This document shows, in pieces, positions 1-6,066 of a stretch of 16,267 nucleotides of DNA. Location of the stretch: contig NZ_MQWA01000001.1 in the NCBI RefSeq assembly GCF_002954445.1, positions 2,696,192 through 2,712,458 on the forward strand. Reading direction: 5' to 3'. The notes below the pieces were generated by a model, which saw nothing but the letters and a program-made list of their open reading frames with translations, was not told the origin of the DNA and did not search any database. Position 1 is the stretch's first letter, and every line of letters begins with the position of its first letter. The position numbers and the translations under genes were made by a program. Source of the DNA: Rubritalea profundi (lineage in GTDB: Bacteria > Verrucomicrobiota > Verrucomicrobiia > Verrucomicrobiales > Akkermansiaceae).

Positions 1-51
1 AAAGAAGGGGAAAGGATAAAGGGAAAAGTTATACCGGTTGCCGAGCTGGGG

Positions 52-1086
52 TTAGTCTAAGAAGCTGCTTGTCATAAGGCTGATGACTCGTTTCCCTAGG
101 CTAGTGGGTGTGGCCTGTTTGCCAGTACCAGTAAGGATTCCTTTGGTGTGGTATTTATGATTTGACTGAGTGGGCTTAACGTAAGTCACAGTTGGGCGAA
201 TCACTGCACGATTGCTGGGGGTGATGGCGAGTGGGAACCCTGAGCTAGCAAAGCTAATTTCCCAAGCGGGGGTCATGACTGAATGATCACCTTGGCACAT
301 CCAACTATAGCGTTTCGCTAGGTCTAATTCACGCCGTCGAGGGATAGTGACCTTAAAATAAGTTGGTATCTTGGAGATGAATGATGTGAGGGTCAGGTTG
401 GGGTTATTTTTGTGCCTAATGAATAGCTCTGAAATATTGAGGCCATTCATATTGAGGCCATTATAGAGTCCGTGGTGATTTTTGGAGGGAAAGTAGGCGT
501 TATGCCATTGTTCAAAATCTTTATTGGCCAAGAGTCCCAGTTCAAGGTGGAGGTGGGAGCGCTCACGTGTGATACCAGCTCCAGTGTAGCCCATTTTACC
601 TAGTGGTGAACCTGCTGAGACTTTTGCCCCAGTTTTGCATGAGATCGACTGAAGATGGGCGTAAAGGCTGTAGAATGGTCCAATGCCCCAGTCGTGTTCG
701 ACAACCACGTAATGGCCATAGTTTGAGTTGCCTGCAACTTTATTGGTGTAGACGACCTTGCCGTCGGCTATGGCTGAAACTATATCCATCGGGCGGCTGT
801 AGCGGTCGCGTTTTATGGGGCGAATATCGATTCCTTCGTGAAATTTGGTGGCTATAATACCCTCAGGTGTTCGGCGTAGAGTTCTGACATAACCGTACTT
901 TCCAGCTGTCCAAGGGTGGGAGTCAACACCCTCAAAGTTCCTAAACGTGTACATGTAGAATTTCTCAGGGGTCTTACTGAAAATGTATTGGTTCTCCGTG
1001 GGCAGTTTGAGGCTTAGAGCCGACCCTGCTGTCAGGTTAGTCAGAGCAAGTGATGAGCTGGCGAGAGCTGTGAATAAAATTTTCAT
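52..1086 (-). CDS. M23 family metallopeptidase (secreted, LytM/NlpD-like)
   Basis: 344-aa ORF with an N-terminal signal peptide (MKILFTALASSSLALTNLTAGSA). Carries the M23 zinc-ligand motifs HEGIDI (HxxxD) and SHLHLE (HxH). Confidence 0.85.
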   Translation of the reverse strand: MKILFTALASSSLALTNLTAGSALSLKLPTENQYIFSKTPEKFYMYTFRNFEGVDSHPWTAGKYGYVRTLRRTPEGIIATKFHEGIDIRPIKRDRYSRPMDIVSAIADGKVVYTNKVAGNSNYGHYVVVEHDWGIGPFYSLYAHLQSISCKTGAKVSAGSPLGKMGYTGAGITRERSHLHLELGLLANKDFEQWHNAYFPSKNHHGLYNGLNMNGLNISELFIRHKNNPNLTLTSFISKIPTYFKVTIPRRRELDLAKRYSWMCQGDHSVMTPAWEISFASSGFPLAITPSNRAVIRPTVTYVKPTQSNHKYHTKGILTGTGKQATPTSLGKRVISLMTSSFLD

Positions 1087-1234
1087 CGTATTTTGTGATG
1101 CTTGAGTAATGTTTTTCCTAGTATTCGAGACGAACCTTCCAGTTTTTTTGAATTCACCGATTATTGGGGGTGAGATGGTTACATGCGTTGAGCGTTGCTT
1201 TATCTACGCCTCTCCAGATTAGTAATGAAGCGGC

Positions 1235-2868
1235 TTATTTACAAGTCGGGCAGCTGTTGAGCTGCTGGAAGAAGTCGTTTCCTTTGTCATCAACGAGAAT
1301 GAAGGCTGGGAAGTCCTCGACGCGGATCTTCCATACAGCTTCCATTCCAAGTTCCGGGAAGTCGACGACTTCGACTTTCTTGATGTGATCTTTGGCCAGG
1401 ATGGCTGCTGGTCCGCCGATAGAGCGAGGTAGAAGCCGCCGTGTTCTTTACAGGAATCTGTCACCTGCTGTGAGCGATTGCCTTTAGCTAGCATCACCAT
1501 CGAGGCGCCTTGAGCTTGGAAGATCGGCACGTAGCCATCCATCCGGCCAGCTGTGGTTGGGCCAAAGGAGCCCGATGCCAGCCCCTCTGGAGTCTTCGCA
1601 GGTCCAGCGTAGTAAATAGGGTAGTCCTTGACGTAGTCTGGGAGTTCTTGGCCGTTATCGATCATTTCCTTGAGCTTTGCGTGAGCGATGTCGCGGGCAA
1701 CGATGATGTGGCCACTGAGCGAGAGAGCAGTGGTGACTGGGTACTTGGAAAGGGTTTTGAGTGTTTTCTCCATGCCTTGATCGAGATCTATTTCTACACC
1801 TTTGAATTTCCAGTCCTTGAATTTTTCTGGGATGTACTGGCCTGGGTTTGTTTCGAGCTTTTCGAGGAAGATTCCGTCCTTGGTGATTTTCGCTTTCGCC
1901 TGGCGGTCAGCCGAGCAGGAAACTCCGATGCCGACCGGGCAGGAGGCTCCGTGGCGTGGTAGGCGAATGACGCGCACATCGAGGGCGAAATGCTTGCCAC
2001 CGAACTGAGCGCCAATGCCGATGTCGGCAGAGAGTTTGAGAAGTTCCTTCTCGAGCTCGATGTCGCGGAATGCTTGGCCATGCTCGTTGCCTTCGGTTGG
2101 AAGTTCGTCGTAGTAGCGCGTCGACGCCATTTTGACGGTTTTGAGGTTCATCTCAGCCGAGGTGCCACCGATGACGATAGCGACGTGGTAGGGCGGGCAG
2201 GCCGAGGTGCCGAGGGTTGTCATTTTAGCGATGCAATACGAAGTCAGTGTCTTCGGGTTGAGCAGCGCTTTGGTCTCTTGGAAAAGGAATGTTTTGTTGG
2301 CTGATCCACCGCCTTTGGTGATGAAGAGAAATTCATAAGAGTCTCCCTGAGTAGCGTAGAGGTCGATTTGCGCTGGAAGGTTGGTCTTCGAGTTTATCTC
2401 CTCGTACATGGTGAGTGGGACGGTCTGCGAGTAGCGCAGGTTTTCCTCGGTGTAGGTCTTGTAAATGCCGTGAGAAAGCGCTTCCTCGTCGTTGGCGCCA
2501 GTGTAGACGTTCTCGCCTTTTTTACCCATGACAATGGCGGTGCCTGTGTCTTGGCAGTTAGGGAGGATTCCGTTCACTGCGACTTCCGCATTGCGCAGGA
2601 GCGTGAGGGCTACCATGCGGTCGTTCTCTGTCGATTCTGGGTCGTCGAGGATTGCCGCTACCTGTTTGAGGTGGGATGGGCGGAGTTTGAAGGAGATTGC
2701 TTTGATCGCCTCATTCGCGAGTAGGGTGAGAGCTTCTGGTGCGACGGTGAGGATCTCGCGCTCGCCGAGTTTGGCGACGGAAATGCCATCGGTGGAAATG
2801 AGTTCGTATTGGGTCTGGTCTGGACCTAGTGGAAATGGCTTTTGAAAGTGAAATGGTTTATCGGACAT
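1235..2868 (-). CDS. fumA: Class I (Fe-S, FumA/FumB-type) fumarate hydratase; frame broken by an apparent 1-nt loss near 1425
   Basis: Collinear with E. coli FumA from [14 protein letters not shown] through CQDTGTA, GGGSANK and [12 protein letters not shown] to KEHGGFYL. After ~1425 the tracked frame gives nonsense down to 1219. The adjacent frame reads [62 protein letters not shown] with a stop at 1235-1237. Confidence 0.9.
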
Positions 2869-3022
2869 CAGTGTGAAAGTGTTTGGTTGGAGGTATTAAG
2901 TTTGAAGTGGGCGGGGTTTTCAATGGAAAACCCTAAGAGTGGTAGAATATTTTCTCGGTGCTGATATTAAAGTGAAAATTTTGGGTGCTATTTTTTGAAT
3001 ATTTTAGATCTAACTAGATCTT

Positions 3023-3952
3023 ATGTTTAAATTAACTCCTATGATTTATGGAGCCGCCCTGATGGCCGCTCCTATGGCTAGTGCAGATAGTTTCGGAACT
3101 GGGGGCAATGCCTTCACTATGGATTTTGTGAATATTGGAAACGCAGGAAATGTAGGGGACGGCACTGGCTACGGTTCTGTAGACAATAATTTCCGCATGG
3201 GGACGCACGAGGTGAGTGAGTCTATGATCGATTCTTACAATGCATTGAGTGCGGGTCCGGATATAACACAAAGTAACCGTGGAATGGATAGTCCATCAAC
3301 TAATGTGAGTTGGAATGAGGCGGCGCGTTTTGTGAACTGGCTCAACACCAGTTCTGGTCACAGTGCGGCTTACCAGTTCGATATTGCTGGGGGAAATGAT
3401 AATATAGCGCTGTGGGATTCTGGAGATGCCGGCTATGAAGCTAGTAACCGCTTCCGCAACAGCAATGCGCACTACTTCCTGCCGAGTGAGAATGAGATGT
3501 ATAAAGCCGCTTACTACGATCCGAACAAGTCCGGTGGGGCTGGTTACTGGGATTATGCAACAGGCAGTGACACAGCTTCTACTACCACGAGTGGTGGAGT
3601 AGCTGCTGGTACAGCGGTGTACAGTCAGTCAGGCCCCGCAGATGTGACCAAGGCTGGTGGTCTGAGTGCGTATGGCACGATGGGGCAGGGCGGCAATGTC
3701 TGGGAGTGGTCAGAGTCTGGCTATGACGCTTCAAATGACAGCGCAGCTGAGTCGCGCGTTTTCCGCGGGGGTGGCTGGTTCGACTACTCCCTCGCCCTGC
3801 AGTCGTCTACCCGCAACGGCCTCAGCCCGGGCCCTGAGAACAGCGCCATAGGTTTTCGAGTCGCAGCCGTGGCTGCGGTTCCAGAGCCATCGTCAGTGAC
3901 TTTGCTGGTATTAGGTGCCATTAGTCTTCTCATGCGTCGTAAACGTGGATAA
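3023..3952 (+). CDS. DGR variable (target) protein: secreted FGE-sulfatase/C-type-lectin-fold protein with C-terminal VR and PEP-CTERM sorting signal
   Basis: 309 aa with a signal peptide (MFKLTPMIYGAALMAAPMASA|DS). FGE-sulfatase-like motifs: SWNEAARFVNWLN, YFLPSENEMYKAAYY, GNVWEWSESGY, RVFRGGGW...IGFRVA. The C-terminus VPEPSSVTLLVLGAISLLMRRKRG has the PEP motif, a TM helix and a basic tail. The VR lies at codons 241-282. Confidence 0.9.
   Translation: MFKLTPMIYGAALMAAPMASADSFGTGGNAFTMDFVNIGNAGNVGDGTGYGSVDNNFRMGTHEVSESMIDSYNALSAGPDITQSNRGMDSPSTNVSWNEAARFVNWLNTSSGHSAAYQFDIAGGNDNIALWDSGDAGYEASNRFRNSNAHYFLPSENEMYKAAYYDPNKSGGAGYWDYATGSDTASTTTSGGVAAGTAVYSQSGPADVTKAGGLSAYGTMGQGGNVWEWSESGYDASNDSAAESRVFRGGGWFDYSLALQSSTRNGLSPGPENSAIGFRVAAVAAVPEPSSVTLLVLGAISLLMRRKRG
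3743..3866 (+). repeat. DGR variable region (VR)
   Basis: 124-nt ungapped match to 5503-5626 (offset 1760). There are 103 identities and 21 mismatches, and every mismatch sits opposite a TR adenine. Confidence 0.95.
3862..3877 (+). promoter_or_regulatory. GC-rich hairpin/cruciform at the 3' edge of VR (candidate DGR target-recognition element, next to the IMH-like invariant 3847-3866)
   Basis: CGCAGC-CGTG-GCTGCG forms a 6-bp stem with a 4-nt loop. The left arm is the last 5 nt of VR/TR homology. The right arm has no counterpart after the TR, where 5627 onward reads GCTCCAGG. Confidence 0.6.
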
Positions 3953-4035
3953 TATTACCCTTTTCCTCTTTGTCTCTTTTCCCTTTTCTTTAGAAGGGTA
4001 AAAGGGCTGAGGAGAAAGGCGAAATTTTCTGGAAT

Positions 4036-4066
4036 CGTGTCGGCGTAAGCCGGCGCGATTTTTTTT
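4036..4066 (+). terminator. Rho-independent terminator between the target gene and avd
   Basis: CGUGUCGGC-GUAA-GCCGGCGCG forms a 9-bp stem (two G-U pairs) with a GNRA-type loop. After one A comes a run of eight T (4059-4066). It ends 6 nt before the avd ATG. Confidence 0.75.
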
Positions 4067-4072
4067 AGTAAA

Positions 4073-4432
4073 ATGAAGATAGAAAAAGCAAAAGACCAGC
4101 CAGTGGTGCTGGTAAAGTGGTATGACTACACCAAGTGGGTGCTAGACCGTGTGGATGGCTTCCCAAAGAATCAGAGGTTTGTGCTAGGGACTAGGCTCGC
4201 GGATGCCGTGGTGCTGGTGGTCGAGCTGCTAGGAGAGGCTACCTTCTCTGAAAAGGGTAAGAAGCGTGAGCTTCTAGATCAAGCAAACCGTAAAATAGAG
4301 GTGGTGCGCTGGCTCATGCGCTTGGCATTGGATAGAAATCTGGTGAGTAAGAAGCAATTCCTCTTCAGCATCCAATCGCTAGAGGAATGCGGCAGGATGG
4401 TCGGTGGCTGGGCACGCTCAATCAAGCTGTGA
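4073..4432 (+). CDS. avd: DGR accessory variability determinant (Avd-like four-helix-bundle protein)
   Basis: 119 aa, basic and predicted all-helical. Resembles the four-helix-bundle/23S-IVS protein family (KWYDYTKWVLDRVDGFPKNQRFVLGTRL...). Sits immediately upstream of the RT, and its stop overlaps the RT start. Confidence 0.85.
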   Translation: MKIEKAKDQPVVLVKWYDYTKWVLDRVDGFPKNQRFVLGTRLADAVVLVVELLGEATFSEKGKKRELLDQANRKIEVVRWLMRLALDRNLVSKKQFLFSIQSLEECGRMVGGWARSIKL

Positions 4433-5469
4433 AGCGGCATAAACATTTATGGAACCAGGTTGCTAGCCTGAATAATCTAGTGGCTGCCGCACAGGCTGCT
4501 ATGTCAGGAAAGAGGACGGGAGCGAGTGGGGCTGCATTCTCAAATGTGTGGGAGACCGAGGTAGTGAAGCTAGAGCGTGAGCTGCGAACAGGTGAGTACC
4601 GCCCAGGCGAGTACCATTACTTTGAAATCCTAGAGCCTAAGAGGCGAATGATAGCGGCAGCGCCATTTAGAGATAGAGTGGTACATCATGCGCTGGTTAG
4701 GGTGCTAGAGCCGCTGTTTGACCCACGCTTTATCGAGGATAGCTATGCCTGTAGAACGGGCAAAGGAACCCATGCAGGAATGCGGAGAGCTTTATTTTTT
4801 AGTAAGCGCTACGCGTGGGTTCTAAAATGTGATATCCGGAAGTATTTCCCTTCTATCCGGCATGACTTGCTGCTGAGTAAGCTAGAGCGGGTGGTGGGGG
4901 ACAAGCAAGTGCTGAACCTGATAGCGCTGATCGTGGGATCACATTCTGAGACTGTGACCCAGGAATGGCGGAAGAATGGTAATTTATTTGATGTGAAAGC
5001 GGTGCGGTGGGGGCTGCCGATAGGGAACCTAACGAGTCAGTTCTTTGCTAATATCTACATGGATGCATTTGATCACTACGTGAAGCAAGGCATCCGAGTG
5101 AAGGGATATGTGCGCTATGTGGATGATTTCTTGCTGTTTGGAGAAGATAGGGCGGAGCTGCGTAGGATAGGTGAACGCTGCCACAAGTATCTAGAGGGTG
5201 AAGGGCTAGTGATACACCCTGACAAATACAGGATGTGTAGGACGGCTGATGGAGTGGACTTCTGTGGCTTTGTTCTGCGTGCTGATGGGCGTGTGAAGGT
5301 GCGCTCGGCTGGTGTGAGGAGATTTCAGCGAAGACTGAAGCAGATGCGCTACGAGGTGTCTCACGGTGATCTGGGGTGGAAGGAGGTTGGCGTATCCGTG
5401 AGATCATGGATAGCGCATGCCGAGCATGCGCAAAGTTGGCGCTTGCGTAGTAGGATACTGGGAGGCTAG
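4429..5469 (+). CDS. DGR reverse transcriptase (RNA-directed DNA polymerase)
   Basis: RT motifs present: LKCDIRKYFPSI, the DGR-typical LPIGNLTSQFFANIYM (IGxxxSQ), YVRYVDDFLLFG (YxDD), IHPDK and VDFCGF. The N-terminus (V)KRHKHLWNQV matches the usual DGR RT start. The likely GTG start at 4429 overlaps the avd TGA (GTGA). The longest ORF begins at 4387. Confidence 0.92.
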   Translation: MKRHKHLWNQVASLNNLVAAAQAAMSGKRTGASGAAFSNVWETEVVKLERELRTGEYRPGEYHYFEILEPKRRMIAAAPFRDRVVHHALVRVLEPLFDPRFIEDSYACRTGKGTHAGMRRALFFSKRYAWVLKCDIRKYFPSIRHDLLLSKLERVVGDKQVLNLIALIVGSHSETVTQEWRKNGNLFDVKAVRWGLPIGNLTSQFFANIYMDAFDHYVKQGIRVKGYVRYVDDFLLFGEDRAELRRIGERCHKYLEGEGLVIHPDKYRMCRTADGVDFCGFVLRADGRVKVRSAGVRRFQRRLKQMRYEVSHGDLGWKEVGVSVRSWIAHAEHAQSWRLRSRILGG

Positions 5470-5502
5470 ATTCTAGATTGTCGGGGCTTTCGGAGACTAA
5501 CG

Positions 5503-5626
5503 GCAGCTGAGTCGCGCGTTATCCGCGGGGGTAACTGGAACAACAACTCCAACAACCTGCAGTCGTCTAACCGCAACAACAACAGCCCGGGCAATGAGAA
5601 CAACAACATAGGTTTTCGAGTCGCAG
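5503..5626 (+). repeat. DGR template region (TR)
   Basis: Starts 33 nt after the RT stop and contains 38 adenines. Read in VR register it holds 13 AAC and 1 AAT codons (...GG N W N N N S N N LQSS N R N N N SPG N E N N N IGFRVA). It is the invariant partner of the VR. Confidence 0.95.
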
Positions 5627-5826
5627 GCTCCAGGATAGAGATACCTCCTAAAAGAGTGACTCTAGCTGAGCTCATGTTCACGGTGAGAACCGTAGTGGAC
5701 AAGTGTCTCTACGGCAGTGCCGCGCTCTGGAACCACCGGTAGCCCCAGAGCTGGGATGGGTAACCATTCTAGGTCAAATAAGAATAGGAAAAGGTATTGC
5801 GGTGAGTAAGCGATAAGCTGAAAGCC

Positions 5827-6066
5827 GTGATGCTTAGTGAATGTGAGAATTTTAAGATAGATATGAATGAGTCTGGAGGAAATGAGCGGTCAGAGAGCGA
5901 GGTGACTCGCCGGAGGCGCAGTAAGAGTGATAATCATAGTCAAGAGGATCAGTCTGAAATACGAGGTTGTGCTGTCGCGATTCTTGTGGTGGTGGCTCTG
6001 GTGTTAGGGGGAACTATATGCTATCTGGAGGCGAGGAGGAAGTGGTTGCCGATAGGCAAGTGGTAG
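5827..6066 (+). CDS. Hypothetical N-terminal fragment with one TM helix (probably the 5' part of the next ORF)
   Basis: 79-aa ORF with a charged N-terminus followed by the hydrophobic segment CAVAILVVVALVLGG. It overlaps the next ORF by 100 nt in another frame, with a GGGGG run at 6006-6010. Confidence 0.35.
   Translation: MMLSECENFKIDMNESGGNERSESEVTRRRRSKSDNHSQEDQSEIRGCAVAILVVVALVLGGTICYLEARRKWLPIGKW

Larger units (their letters stand above)
3023..5626 (+). mobile_element. Diversity-generating retroelement (DGR) cassette: target gene (VR) - avd - RT - TR
   Basis: All four canonical DGR parts lie on one strand. The VR/TR pair shows adenine-only mismatches (see the individual features). Confidence 0.93.

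Noticed and set aside
1510-2845. Several plus- and minus-strand ORFs nested in the fumarate hydratase gene (1510-1962, 1794-2081, 1802-2008, 1990-2304, 2368-2724, 2528-2845)
   Set aside because: All are antisense or out of frame within a strongly conserved CDS, and their translations are unrecognisable. They are shadow ORFs typical of GC-biased coding regions.
2914-2933. Stem-loop GGGTTTTC-aatg-GAAAACCC in the fumA/target divergent intergenic region
   Set aside because: No U-tract follows it on either strand, and it lies upstream of both divergent genes. It is therefore not a terminator. It may be a 5'-UTR structure, but nothing supports a specific call.
4073-4432. Avd-like protein belongs to the family historically named '23S rRNA intervening sequence protein', which might suggest an rRNA locus
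   Set aside because: No rRNA sequence is present in the window. The family name is historical, and the context next to an RT and TR supports an Avd role.
4387-5469. Alternative identities for the RT: group II intron maturase or retron RT
   Set aside because: There are no flanking intron ribozyme-like domains and no msr/msd-like repeats. The IGxxxSQ motif, an adjacent Avd-like gene and a TR/VR pair with adenine-only mismatches all identify it as a DGR RT.
5533-5610. AAC-rich tract that looks like a trinucleotide microsatellite or low-complexity repeat
   Set aside because: The AAC units are interrupted and sit in codon register with the VR of the target gene. This is the adenine-loaded DGR template, not a slippage-type simple repeat.
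5466-5702. 78-aa minus-strand ORF covering the TR
   Set aside because: It is antisense to the TR. Its leucine-rich stretch is simply the complement of the AAC-rich template, and no protein family is recognisable. The region is better explained as non-coding TR RNA.
5697-5725. CTACGGCAGTGCCGCGCTC resembles the TR 5' edge (CTAACGGCAGCTGAGTCGCGCG) and could be a degenerate second TR start
   Set aside because: Only about 9 plus 5 nt match, with indels, and no downstream similarity to the TR or VR follows. This is most likely chance.
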